A DNA stretch of 64,000 nt from Chiloscyllium plagiosum (taxonomy: Eukaryota). How positions within the stretch are numbered: position 1 is the first letter of the stretch; every line of letters starts with the position of its first letter. The stretch is taken from NCBI RefSeq assembly GCF_004010195.1, contig NC_057750.1, positions 11,693,144 through 11,757,143 of the forward strand. The letters are read 5' to 3'. Shown here piece after piece: positions 12,326 through 25,137 of this stretch. Under the pieces are notes generated by a model that did no database searches, was not told the DNA's origin, and saw nothing but the letters and a program-made list of their open reading frames with translations. The position numbers were made by a program, and so were the translations under genes.

Positions 12326-14559
12326 TTATCCACACTCCTTTGATGCCTTAAAAAGTCCATTCAACCCAGCTCATCTCAGCCTTTCTATTCCTTTTTGCTC
12401 ATGTAATCTTGTAGTCTCCTTCTGAAAAGGGGGAAAACGGCAGGGTGTTCCGGATGACCGGGGAGACAGAACAAAGAGTCATAGTTTAAGGATATGGAGT
12501 GGGTCATTTAGGGCTGAGACAAGGAGAAATTTCTTAACCCTGAGAGTTGTGAGCCTGCAGAATTCTCTGGGAGAAAGGGAGGACTGCAGATGCTGGAGAT
12601 CACAGTCGAGAGTGTGGTGCTGGAAAAGCACAGTAGGTCAGGTAGCAGGAGAATCAACGTTTCGGGCGTAGGTCCATCATCAGGGATGATGTTAAAAGAC
12701 TAAACGCTCATCCTCAGTGAGTGGGAGGTCTGGGGGAATAGTAATGACAGGGCTAGGACCTGGGGTGGGCTTATGCCTGAAATGTTTATTTTCTTGCTCC
12801 TCGGATGCTGCCTGACCTGCTGTGCTTTTCAGCTTGACACTCTCGACTGCAGAATTCTCTGCCACAGGAAGCAGTTGAGGCCAAAACAGTGAACATTTTC
12901 AAGAAGGAGTTAGATGTAGTTCTGAGAGCTAAAGGAATCAAAGGGAAAAAGCAAAAAAAAGATACTGAGTTGGATGATCAGCCATGATCATACTGAGTGA
13001 TGGAGCAGGCTCGAAGGGCTGAATGGCCTACTCCTGCTCCTAGTTTCTATGTTTCTATGAAAGCATCTCAACGTTTTGCTTCAGTTACTTCCTTTGGTAG
13101 AGTGTTCCACATTCAGACCCCTCTCTGAATAATGAAATTTCTTCTCGTCTCTCAGTTGGAATTATTGTAACTATCTTATACTAATGGACTGTAGTTCAGA
13201 TTCTCTGACAAGTGAAAACATTCTGTCCATATCTACCCTATCCAACCTCTTAAGTTTAACAAACATTCTATCAGGTGTCTTGTAAGTATTCTCTTCCTAA
13301 AGACATGAGCCACAATCTTTTCAATCTTTTGCAATATCTGCAATCTCTCGGTTCTAGTAACTTCCTTGAATATGTTTTTGCACATTCTCCATGACCTCTT
13401 TATAGTATGGAGTCTACAGCTGTGCAAGTACTCTGAGTACTAGCTGACCACTTTAAGAGAACTTCAGTGCTTTTGAATTCAGTATACATTTAGAAAGAAA
13501 TCCCTTTTTTTAAGCATCTTTTAATTGCTTTTCTGATCTATGATGCCGTTATTAACAATTTGTTTACCAATTTGCTTAGAACATTTAGCTTTTCAAACCC
13601 ATTCTTTCTTAACTTTTTGAGGCACATGATTTGTCTGTTTGATGAGATGCAGCACTCCACATTTGTCTTTATTAAGGTTCATTTGACACTTAACATTAGA
13701 GTCTACATGTTTTCAAATTCCTTATTTTCCTGAGTTGCACTCTTTCTCAATGTTAGCTGTACCCACCATTTACCTCCTTAGTTTGATTTGATCTTCTGAA
13801 AGAAGGTGGATAGTCAAACATGTTTAAGGGAGGAATTCTAAAGCTTAAAGCCTGATCTACCTAAAGCAGTGAGTTCCAATGGTTGGGCAAAGAGAATGGA
13901 CAATGCACAAGACCTCACTTTAATAAACACATTTTCTTTCATACAATCGGAGCCCGATCTTCACCATGATGCTTCACAAAGTGACTTTCTAAGGCTTTGT
14001 CCTTCTGCAAGCCCCACAAACTGAGACACACCACATTCACGTGTGCAGGGTTCAGTTTAGAATTCTCTATGAAAGCAAACAAAGCTTATTCAACATAAGC
14101 AGCTAAATGTGTGATGTAAAGTTACAACTTGAACTTGTGATCTGGTGGCTGGAAGCCGAGGTATGTGACTGATAAAGTTCTGACCTGTTCAAACACCTGT
14201 TACATGTCACAGTGGAAAGAACTGAGTGGTGTGTGAAAGAACTGAGTATGCATTCATCCAAAACCATCAGTTTCTTGGAACATTTCCATTAAATGCAGTC
14301 AGTAACAAGCTACCGCAAATGGCATTCCCAATTAGTGAAAACTAAACAATAACTTGCATTCATATAGTGCCTTTAACATAGTAAAACAGCCCTTAATGCA
14401 ATTTGCACTGAGGCACATTGGAGATAGGAGAGCTGGCCAAAAGCTTTGTCACGGAGGTAAGTTATCATCTTAAAAGAGGAGAGAGAGGAAGAGAGCTGGA
14501 GACTTCAGAGAGCAACTTCAGACTTGAAGGTTCGGTAGCAGATGGTAAGGTCGCGAACC

Positions 14560-16200
14560 AGTGAATCATAGGAGATTCTGGCGCAGAGGAAGGCTTTTCT
14601 CCTCATCATGTTTATGCTAGCTGAGAAAGTGCTATCCAGACAAATCCCACTTTCCGATTTTTGATCTGGAGCCCTGTTAGTTTCGGTTTATCAACTACAT
14701 ACCCAGCTACGTTTTTATTGCAATGTAACTTTCAGCTGTACCATCTTTTCAGGCAGTTGTTTCCAGATGTCCACCATCCTCTAGCGGGAAAATAATTAAC
14801 TTCAATCCCATTCATTCCTTCTACTAATTACCTCATATCTATACCCCCATTTCTTTGAAAAGGGAAATGGATCCTTTCTCTTTATGCCCCTTATAATTTT
14901 ATGTCCCTCAATTAAGTTTCCCTATGGCCTTCTCTGTTCTAAACAATTTCAGCCTATCCAATATTGCCTCATACATAAAGGCTTTCATTTTCCTCTGTAC
15001 CCTCTTTAATGTTTAACACAATCAGATCCTTCCTATAATGCAGTGACTGGAACCATATGTATTATTCTAGGTGAGACCTAACAAATGTTTCACAGTTTCA
15101 GTACAACCTCCCTGTTCTTCGCTCGTTAAAGGAAAGTGTCACAATTTCCTTCTTCACTACCCTGTGTACCTGTTGTGCTACCTTAGGTTTCAGAGGATGT
15201 GTATTCCAAGGCCCCACTATTTCATTACTTTATAATTTCTTGCAAGGTCACTTGCCTTGTTTGATTTCACCAAAAGCATACCACATGCTTCTCAAGATTG
15301 AGTTCCATTTGTTTCTCTTTGTTCACTAACCAATCCATTGGGGGTATCTTCCTGCAGTCCACAGCTTATGTCTTCACCATCAACCAAATGGTCATTTTTT
15401 GTATCACATTCTAACTTCTTAATCATGTACTTCTTAATGATCTACACAACAAATGCAAGAATTGCAGTAATGAGTCTGAATGAAACCATTGTGAAAAAGC
15501 CTTTCTAATCACAAACACACAAGCCAATAATTACTGTTTGTTTCTGGACTCTGAACCAATTTTGGACATAACTTCTGACTTTCACTTGGATCCAATGGGC
15601 TTTTACATTTCTAACCAGTCTGCCATGGGAACTTGGTCAAAAGTCTTTCTAAAATCAGTGTTACTGTTATTAACCCTTCTTGTTACCTCCTTAAAAGATT
15701 CAATCAAGTTAAGTAGACACAATCTTTCCTCAACAAAGTTAAAAATCACTCATCACAAGCTAATGCTTCCAAATAAGACCTATTGGACTATAACCTGGTG
15801 TTGTGTGATTTTTAACTTTGTACACCCCAGTCCAACTTGGGCACCTCCAAATCATTTCCTCATCAAGTTCATGCTGACCATCCTAATTAGGCTTTGCTCT
15901 TCTAAATGATATTAATTCTGCCCACAACAATTTCTTTCCAATAAGTCATCTACCAGCAAAGTTAGGCTGACTGGACCATAATATTCAGTTTATCCTTTCC
16001 GCATTTATAAACTGTCCTGCAGGACTAAGCCTGTTGCAGAGACAATTGGAAAATAATGGTCAGAAATTCCACAATGGTCTCCCTTATTTCTCTTAAGAGA
16101 TGAGGAAACATTTTTTTCTGGGCCTGGCACTTTATCTATTTTCAAAGCTGTTATTTCCCTTAATATTTCTCTCTCACTGCTTGCACCTACCAATGTTTTG
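14560..16200 (-). mobile_element. Old, degraded CR1 LINE (RT and 3' end)
   Basis: REILREITALKIDKVPGPE and related degenerate RT motifs; many stops. Confidence 0.65.
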
Positions 16201-17035
16201 CACTTGAACAGAAATTGCTGGAGAAACTCAGCAGGCCAAAAGAAGAATCACTGGTGACATTAACTCTGTTTTGTCACCACAGATGTTGCCAGACCTGCAG
16301 AGTTTCTCCAACAATTTCTATTTTTGTGTGTTTGAGATCTCCAGCATATGTAATTCTTTTTGTATTTTAATGTTTTACACTTGTCCTCCTTAACTACAAT
16401 GTCTTCCACTTTTCTAAAGATTAAAATATTACTTATAAATCATTTCCACATCCTCCATTTCCAGACACAAGCATTTTTTTTTGGGTCTCTAATCAAATCC
16501 CTTCTTCCTTAAATATTTTAAACATCTTAACGTATTTTTAAAAAACATTTTCAGGTATTCCTTGATTTTGCTTACTAATAGCTTTATGAGGTCTCTTTGC
16601 ATTCCTAATTTACTGTTTAACTTGGCTTCTGCATTTTCTATATGTCAAGGCTATTTACAGTATAGTGCTCTTAGTATCTGAATGGCACTTCCTTTTTTTG
16701 CTTTATCCTGCTCTTTATGCTCTCTAACATCTGAGGTATTCTCTCGATTTGAAAATCTTATCTTTTCTCTTTAAAGGACTGTTGTTGGTCTGAACCCTCA
16801 TTATTTCCTCCTTGAATGGCCTTCACTGTTCTGATATTAGTCAACTTTCAAGCAGTTGTTTCCATTTTGCTTTTGTTAAATCACATGTCAGCCTAGTTAA
16901 ACTGTTCTTATCCTGTTGAGAACTTTTAATTTCTACCTTTGTGATCCCTACTGCCAAAATGCTCTTCCAGTGGTACCACACTTCAGTTTTCACTTTCAAA
17001 TGTGACTGGTTAATATGAGTAATAGGACAAAATGT

Positions 17036-17545
17036 CACAGAGTCATACAACATGGAAACAGACCCTTCGGTCCAACCCGTCCCAAAGTCCCAAACTTGTC
17101 CCACCTGCCTGCTCCTGGCCCATACCCCTCCAAACCTTTCCTAGTCATGTACTTCTCTGTGTGCCTTTTGCATTTTTGTAACTGTACCCACATCCACCTC
17201 TTCCTCAGGAAGTTCATTCCACACGCGAACCACCCTCTCTGTGTAAAAGATTTACCCCTCATGTCTTTTTAAAATCTCTCTCACTTTAGAAATGTGCCCC
17301 CTTGTCTTGAAATCCTGCATTCTATGGAAAATGCATCTATCATTAACCCTATCTATACTCATGATTTTATAAACCTCTATAAAAACAACCTCCCATGTTC
17401 CAATGGAAAAGGTCCCAGCCTACCCAGCTTTTTTTTGTAACTCAAACTTTTCATATCCGTCAACATCCTGGTAAATCTCTTCTGAACCCTCTCACAGTGA
17501 AATAATAACCTTCCTATAACTGGGTGACCAGAACTGGACACATGA
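17036..17545 (-). mobile_element. CR1 LINE 3' fragment
   Basis: ERVQKRFTRML..LSYKKKLGRLG; GLEGYGPGAGRWD tail. Confidence 0.9.
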
Positions 17546-17552
17546 TATATAT

Positions 17553-18293
17553 CTAGATTAAAGTGGTGCTGGAAAAGCACAGCAGGTCAGGCAGCATCTG
17601 AGGAGCAGGAAAATAAACGTTTCGGACAAAAGCCCTTCATCAGGAATAGAGGCAGGGTGCCTGCAGAGTGGAGAGACAAATGAGAGAGGGGGTGGGAGTG
17701 GGAAGAAAGTAGCATAGAGTACAATAGGTGAATGGGGGTGGGGATGAATGTGATAGGTCAGAGAGGAAGGTGGAGTGAATAGGTGGAAAGGAAGATAGGC
17801 AAGTAGGACAGGTCATGAGGGCAGTGCTGAGCTGGAAGGTTGGAGCCCCTAAAGTGCTCTGCTAGGAGGCGTCCAGTCTCCCCAATGTAGAGGAGACCAC
17901 ATCGGGAGCAATGGATACAATAAATGATACAGATGGATGTGCAGGTAAAACTTTGATTGATGTGGAAGGCTCGTTTGGAGCCTTGGATGGAGGTGAGGGA
18001 GGAGGTGTGGGTGCAGGGGAGGGTGCCAACAAGGGAGGGTGGGTTGTTGGGGGGGGCGTGGACCTGACCAGGTAGTCATAGAGGGAACGGTCTTTGCGGA
18101 AAGTGGAAATGGGTGGGGAGAGAAATATATGTCACGGAGGGAATGGTCTTTGTGGAAAAGTGGAAATGGGTGGGGAGGGAAATATATGTCACGGAGGGAA
18201 TGGTCTTTGTGGAAAAGTGGAAATGGATGGGGAGGGAAATATATATCACGGAGGGAATGGTCTTTGTGGAAAGCATCTGCAGTCCTTGTTTTT
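17553..18293 (-). mobile_element. Penelope-like element 3' fragment (GIY-YIG endonuclease and pseudo-LTR)
   Basis: Minus frame FHINQSFTCTSICIIYCIHCSRCGLLYIGETGRLLAEHF. Confidence 0.85.
18075..18272. repeat. 57-bp tandem repeat, about 3.5 copies
   Basis: CACGGAGGGAATGGTCTTTGTGGA starts at 18133, 18190 and 18247. Confidence 0.95.
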
Positions 18294-20319
18294 ACCTACA
18301 TGATATATTTCTGTTTATGAGAAGTTGTGGAGAATTATATAGAGATGAAGTTTCAGGAGTAGAATCAGAATGGCCAAGGAGGTGATGATCAAACGGTATT
18401 AGCATTAGAGTGTTCATCCAGAGTCCAAGTAACATACCGGGGTCTGGGTTTGAAACCCACCATGGTAGATGGTGGAACTTGAATTCAATTAAAATCTGGA
18501 ATTTAGAGTCTGATGGAAGTCTAACCACCATGGATTGTTGGGAAAACCCCATCCAATTACAGATGTCCTTTGGGGAAGAAAATCTGCTGTCCTTACCTGG
18601 TCTGGTCTAGATGTGACTCCAGGCTCACGTCAGTGTGAATGACTCTTAAAAGACCTCTGAAATTACTTAACAAAATATCCAGTTCAATGGTAATTAGGAA
18701 GAAGCAAGAAGTATTGACTTTTCCAGTGAAACTTACATACCTTGACAGAATAATGACAAAACACAATGGTTAAAGACACATTGATGAAACCAAAGAATGC
18801 ATGACTTACTGCGGGTGTGGGGCGGGGGAGGGGGGGCGGTAGAAAGAGATAACGTGACAAAATAAAACAGGCTGAGAGGAAATAAAAGCTCACTGATATC
18901 AGGATGCAGAGTTCAGCATTAGCTGAGTGTTCCAACTGTAGTCCCCATCCCAACCAACAGACAGTTGCCTGCAAAGTTTGATTCATCTGACGTCAACAGT
19001 ACTTCCTACCAAACAGTAAGTGTTAACTGATTCGATTTATTGTCATCACATGTATTGAGATTGAGTGAAATGTACTGTATTGCGTGCGAACCACACCTTT
19101 CCTCATAACCCAACCTGCTCATTTCAGGTATCAATCTAGTAAACTTCCTCTGAACAGCTTCCAATACATTTACATCCTTCTCTAAGTAAGGGGGCCAAAA
19201 TTGCAAAAAATCCTTGAGATGTGACCTCACAATGTCCTGTTTTACTCAAGTGCAATTATTCACCCTCTGTCCTCTCCTAATACCTCATCCTCATGGCCCT
19301 CACCTTCTGTTGTATGTTTTTTGGAATGTGGAGAGTGACCATGGGATGAGAAAGGGACTTTTGCTGCAAACAAAAATACTTTTCCCAGATCAGTGCTTAC
19401 TTGTGTTTGAAAATGATGCAGAGACCAGAAGATCTGACCACAATCTTTCAAACATCCTTGATTGTGCAAGTTATGACAAAGGACTGAAGGGATGTTAATA
19501 CAGTGTCTGTGTTTAAAGAGAATGGGGTTAACTAGTAACTATAAACAAAGCGACCAAACATTTAATATATTGACAATATATTCATCTGGATAGACAGAGG
19601 TTAATTTATAATGGCCAGCATGGAATTTTGAAAGCAAATATTGCTAACTGGAGAAAGAATTAATGGATAAAGTATGTCTGTTGGATGTTGTGCATATGCA
19701 TTTTGATAAGGAAGTCAATGGAACATAAGCATGTCATATTATAGGGAATTTGGCAGTGTGGATAAGACACTTGATAAAGCACTGAACAGTCTTCATTGTT
19801 CAGAACAGAATGTCCTGAAAGGTATAAAGTATATATAGATTATTATACAATAGAATCATAGAGATTGACAGCACAGAAAAAGCACTTCAGCCCATTGCAT
19901 CTGTGCCAGTCAAAAACAACCACCTAATCATTCGAATCCCATTTTCTAACACTTGGTCGGTTGTCTTGTAGTTTAGGTCAGAGTGCTGCTGGAAAGGCAC
20001 AGCAGCATCTGAGGAGCAGGAAAATCAACGTTTTGGGCAAAAGCCCTTCCTGCTCCTCGGATGCTGCTGTGCCTTTCCAGTACCACTCTGATCTAAACTC
20101 TGGTTTCTAGCATCTGCAGTCCTCACTTTTGCCCAGTTGTCTTGTATGCCTTGGCATCACAACTACACATTTAAATACTTTTTAAAATGTTATGAGGGTT
20201 TTGGCCTTGACCAACCATACAGGCAGTGAGCTCTTCGGAGGGGTAGTGTGGACTTGATGGGCTGAATGGCATCCTTACACACTGTAGGAATTCTACGATT
20301 CTATGGAATCATACGTTAA

Positions 20320-22330
20320 TAAGTACTTCAGGCTAATAGAACAGAATGCAGAGTATAGTGTTATAGCTGCAGAAAAAGGTGCAGAGAAAGATCAACTCTC
20401 ATACGAGAGGTCTGTTCATAAGTATGAATACAGTGGGAAAGAAGCTGTTCTTAAATCTGTTGGTAGGTGTTTTCAAATTTTTGTATCTTCTCCCTGATGG
20501 AAGAGGGTGGAAGAAAGTATAGGTAAAAACAAAGACGGCAGATGCTGGAAACCAGATTCTGGATTAGTGGTGCTGGAAAAGCACAGCAGTTCAGGCAGCA
20601 TCTGAGGAGCAGTAAAATCGACGTTTCGGGCAAAAGCCCTTCATCAGGAATACAGACAGAGTGCCTGAAGGGTGGAGAGATAAATGAGAAGCAAGATAAA
20701 TGAGAAGAAAGTATAACTGAGGTGGGAGGGGCCTTTGATTATTTTGGCTGTTTTCCCAAGGCAGTGGGAGGTGTAGCTGGAATCAATGGAAGGAAGTCTG
20801 GTTTTCATGATGGACTGGGCTGTTCACAACTCTCTGTAATTTTTTGAGGCCTTGGACGAAGCAGTCACCATACCAATCTGTGATGCATCTAGTTAGGATA
20901 CTTTCTATGGTGCATCTATAGACATTGGTAAGAGAAATTGTGAACATGCTGAATTTCCTTAGCCTGCTGAGGAAATAGAGACATTGGTGTGCTTTCTTGA
21001 CCATCATGTTGGTGTGGGAGAACTAGAATAGGTTGTTGGAGATCATCAATCTTAGGAACTTGACCATCTCCACCTCAGCACCACTGATACAGACAGGGGC
21101 ATGTCCTCCACTCCACATCCTGAAGTCAATGATCAGCTTTTTGATTTTGCTAACATTGCCTTTACACTATGCCACTAAGCTGTACTCTGTCTTGTCATCG
21201 TTTGAGATCCAACCCACTACAGTGGTGTCATCTGCAAATTTGTAAATAGAATTACAGCTGAATTTGGCGACATAGTCATTAGTGTTTAATGATTATAGTA
21301 AGGGGCGGAGCACCGGTGTTGAGGATTATTGTGAAAGAGATACTGTCACTTATCCTTACTGATTGCTGTCTGTGGGTCAGGAAGTTGAGAATCCAGTTGC
21401 AGAGTGGGGAGCAGAATCCTAGGTTCAACTTTGGAGATAAGTTTTGTTGGAATTATGGTGTTGAAAGCAGAGCTGTAGTCAATACGTAGGAGCCTGATGT
21501 AGGAATCGTTGTTATCAAAATGTTCCAGGGATGAGTGTAGGGCCAGGGAGGATGGCATCTGCCATGGACCTGTTGTGATGATAGGTGAACTGCGAAGGAT
21601 TAAGTAAATCTGGGAGACTGGAGTTGATGTAAGCCATTACTAACTTCTCAAAGCACTTGATAATGATGGATGTCAGAGCCACTGGGTGGTAATCATTAAG
21701 GCGGGTTGCCTGATTTTTTCTTGGCACCGGAATAATAGTGGTCTTCCTGAAGCAGTTAGGAGCATTACATCATAGTAAGGAGAGAATAATAATGTCTGTT
21801 AATACTTCTGCCAGCTGGTCTGTGCAGCAACTGAGTGCCTGGCTGTGGACTCTACCTGGGCCAGTCAATTTCCGCGGGTTCACTATCAAGAAGGTCAATC
21901 TGATGGCTGCAGCAGTGACTGTGAGTACAGGTGCACCGAAGGCTTTAGGGCAAGCAACATCATTTTACTGACCTTCTGTTCAAAATGAGCATGAAATGCA
22001 TGAGCTGTTGGGAAGGATGCATTGCTGTCAGTGATTCTACTTGACTTTGCTTTGTATCTTGTAATATCGTGTTAGCCTTGCCAGAGTCGATGTGTGATTA
22101 CGTGGTTAGTCTGGGACTCTAGTTCAGTCTGGTATCATCTCTTGGCATCCCTGATGGCTTTGCGAAGATCGTAACTGTAGAGATTTCCTGTAGAAGTCAG
22201 GGTCAAACACCTCAAATCTGGACTTTATTAGAGAATGGATCTTCCATTTCATCCATGCTTTCAGGTTAGGGAACATTCAGGTTAACTTCTCTGCGCACTT
22301 ACTGATGAAGTCTGTGACAGTAGTAGCAGA
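20320..22330 (-). mobile_element. Rex1/Babar-clade LINE relic (RT)
   Basis: [78 protein letters not shown]; frameshifted. Confidence 0.85.
20616..20651 (-). ncRNA. Minimal type-I hammerhead ribozyme-like motif in a PLE end
   Basis: Minus strand attc-CTGATGA-A-GGGC-TTTT-GCCC-GAAA-CG-TC-gatt. Confidence 0.6.
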
Positions 22331-22526
22331 CTATATAGGTTGGCTGGAGTTATTAAAATCTGGAGTTACTAAAGTTGATGTTAAGGGTAGCATGTTACAA
22401 TGCAACCTACTTCAACCATTCTTTATGAAAATCAGCTCCACATCCTCACCACTTCTGGAAAAGCCAGTATTGGTCATCCTTTTTGGAGTTGCCCCTAAGG
22501 TGACAGTGGTGTGCCTTTGTCGTGAC

Positions 22527-23944
22527 TGTAATGGGGAGAGCCGGGTGGACCTGATAGAATATGAGTTTCCTGACTGGGGCTGTTAGCCTGGTCCAATCAG
22601 GGAGCTCTCACTGACAGATATAAATAGGAGTGGGATGGCAGCATGGTGGCTCAGTGGTTAGCACTATTGCCTCACAGCTCCAGGGTCCCAGGTTCGATTC
22701 CAGCCTCGGGCAACTGTCTGTATGGAGTTTGCATGTTCGCCCTGTATCTGCGTGGGTTTCCTCCCAGAGTCCAAAGACGTGCAGGTCAGGAGAATTGGCT
22801 GTGCTTAATAGCCCATAGTGTTAGGTGGTCAGCCATGACGGACTGAATAATTTATGAATTTCACATTGGCCCCAAGGTCCCGTACTTCCTGCGGGAGCCT
22901 GTGCCCCACAACCTGAGCCGCCTCCGAAATTTTAATTTTGTTTCTTTCAAGGAAGTGAAAAGAAGAGCCCTGTATAGACTGCTGCTGCACACCGTCCACC
23001 TCTTTTCCCTCATCCACCTTCCGGACACGCCTTGGTGTGCCCATTTGCCACCGGCGGTGGGGATCCCCAGTGGAGGGCTCTCTACGCGGGAGTCCTCCCC
23101 CTTTCTCTCGGGGATCCGGGGTGGAGGGTGCTGCACGCAGCAGTCCCCTGCAACCGCAGATTACGGTGGTTCACGGACTCCCAGCCCAACTGCTTGTTCT
23201 GTGGCGCTGTGGAGTCCGTGGACCACGTCTATATTGGGTGTGGGCGTTTGCACTCACTTTTTGATTTTCTGAAAAACCTCCTCCTCTGCTTTTGGTTACA
23301 CTTCAGTCCCACACTCCTGATCTTCCGGCACCGGTACGGAGGAAGGAGGGCAGGTCTGAACACCTCCTCGTGGGTCTGCTCCTGGGCCTGGCCAAGCTGG
23401 CCATCAACAGGTCCAGGCAGCGGGCCGTGGAGGGGGTCATTAGGGNNNNNNNNNNNNNNNNNNNNNNNAAAAAAAACAGGTGTGCTTGCCCTTTGATGTG
23501 AAGGGCAGTGTTTGTCACTGGCCACCCGGGTGTTTTCCTATCTTCCTGGTGGTGGAAATTGAATAAAGATTTGTGCACTTTGTGTCTTTCACTGTGTCTC
23601 ACACCTGCACACACACACACCATGGGTGCTGGGGATAAAATAAGCACTACCGCACTTAGGTGGTAGTGTGGGGTTTAAATTAGTAAAAAAAAACAGGAGT
23701 GGTTTCCCCCTCCAACTCTATTTTGATTTAGTCCCTGCCCTCCCCTTCACTGTTTGATCATACAGCATTGCCCTTTTTTTGTGAAGGGCACTGCTTGTCA
23801 CTGGCCACTCGGGTGTTTTCCTATCTTCCTGGTAAAAAAAACAGGAGTGTTAGAGATCATGTTCACTCTGAGAGCTGGCTCTGAGGAAGCTGGACCAGTG
23901 TCAACTACTATGTGTGTGTAAATAAAGTGTGACTTGGTGACACC
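22527..23944 (+). mobile_element. Gypsy-family solo LTR split by the SINE/Tx1 insertion (halves 22527-22632 and 23850-23944)
   Basis: The two halves joined are collinear with the LTRs at 12093-12325 and 47057-47250 (CCAATCAGGGAG, TATAAA, GAGAGCTGGCTCTGAG, AAATAAAG). Confidence 0.85.
22827..23841 (+). mobile_element. Tx1-clade (L1-like) LINE 3' region plus tandem 3' UTR fragments; assembly gap at 23446-23468
   Basis: zf-RVT-type WRVLHAAVPCNRRL..CLFCGAVESVDHVYIGC; LLLGLAKLAINRSR; 3' UTR with AATAAA and A-tails. Confidence 0.85.
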
Positions 23945-24330
23945 AGGCCTTAGGGAAATCTAAATAGATCACACTCACTGGCTCTCCTTTGTCTAACTTG
24001 CTCATTACCTCTTCAAAATATTCTAACAGATTTGTCAGGCAGAACCTCCCCTTGGCAAAGCTGTGCTGACTCAGCCCTACTTTACCATGCATTTCAAAGT
24101 ATTCTGCAATCTCATCCTGAACAATGTACTCTAAAATCTTTCCAATGACCGAAGTCAAGCTAACCAGCCTATAAGCTCCCATCTTCTGCCTCCCTATCTT
24201 TTTATACAAGATTAAACCATCAAAACTTTCACAATCTCTTCAGCTATCTCCTTCAGAACCCTGGGGTATACTCCACCTTCAGACCTTTCACTTTCCCCAG
24301 CACCTTCTCCTTAGTGCCGCTCCACTTACC
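23945..24330 (-). mobile_element. CR1 LINE RT fragment
   Basis: YRLVSLTSVIGKILE..SQHSFAKGRFCLTNLLEYFEEV..VIYLDFPKA. Confidence 0.9.
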
Positions 24331-25137
24331 TCTGCCTCTGACTCTCTTGAGCCCTTGCAGTTTGAGTCAGAAGGCTGTAGTACCACACACTAGAAATTTA
24401 AGTACATAATCCAGTCTGAGACCCAGTGTGGGTGAGGATACTGAGGGAGTCTTGAAAATACTATTTTTCAGATTAAAAAATCAAACTGAGGTCCTACCTG
24501 TCCTTCCAGACGAATGTAAATGATACAATTCAAAGAAGCACCGACAAGTTCTTGTTGGTGTCCTGGCCAATATTTATCCCTTAGCCAACACTCATAAACA
24601 GATGATCTGGTCCTTATTTTGTTGCTATTTGTGGTACAAGGTTGCTACATTTCCCACATTACAAGGATAACATAATGTTTAGTTAGTGATTAATCAGTGG
24701 TGATCAGCTTTAGGTCCTTGGGTCCTGAAATGATGTGATACAAACGTAAGCACGTTTGTCATCCTTTCTATGTCTCCACCGTGCGTTCATCCTTTTGTAT
24801 GAGCTGAGAGAGCTGGAATCAGATGAACAAAACCACAGCCACCTAATTGTGCAAGGAACATGTTGGTTATCAATTGTCAGACTGGAGGGACCAATATAGA
24901 GCTAATGAGAAGAATAGGGCTGCAGGCAGCAATGGAATCTGTTATAATGACAGATGCCCAAAGACCATTTGAAAATAAATGTATTTCAGATCACATGCAA
25001 AGCCAAGGCTGAGATGCTGGAATTGTGTCCAGGAAGATCTGAATGGAGGAATACCTACGCAAGAGCAAGAGGAAAGAATGTGGTCTTGAAGCCTTGCACT
25101 TGTTTAGTTATTAGCCTATATTTGGTATTTTTTATAT

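Noticed and set aside
18075..18272. CRISPR-like array or repeat-protein gene
   Set aside because: Contiguous tandem units without unique spacers, inside a Penelope relic in a vertebrate genome.
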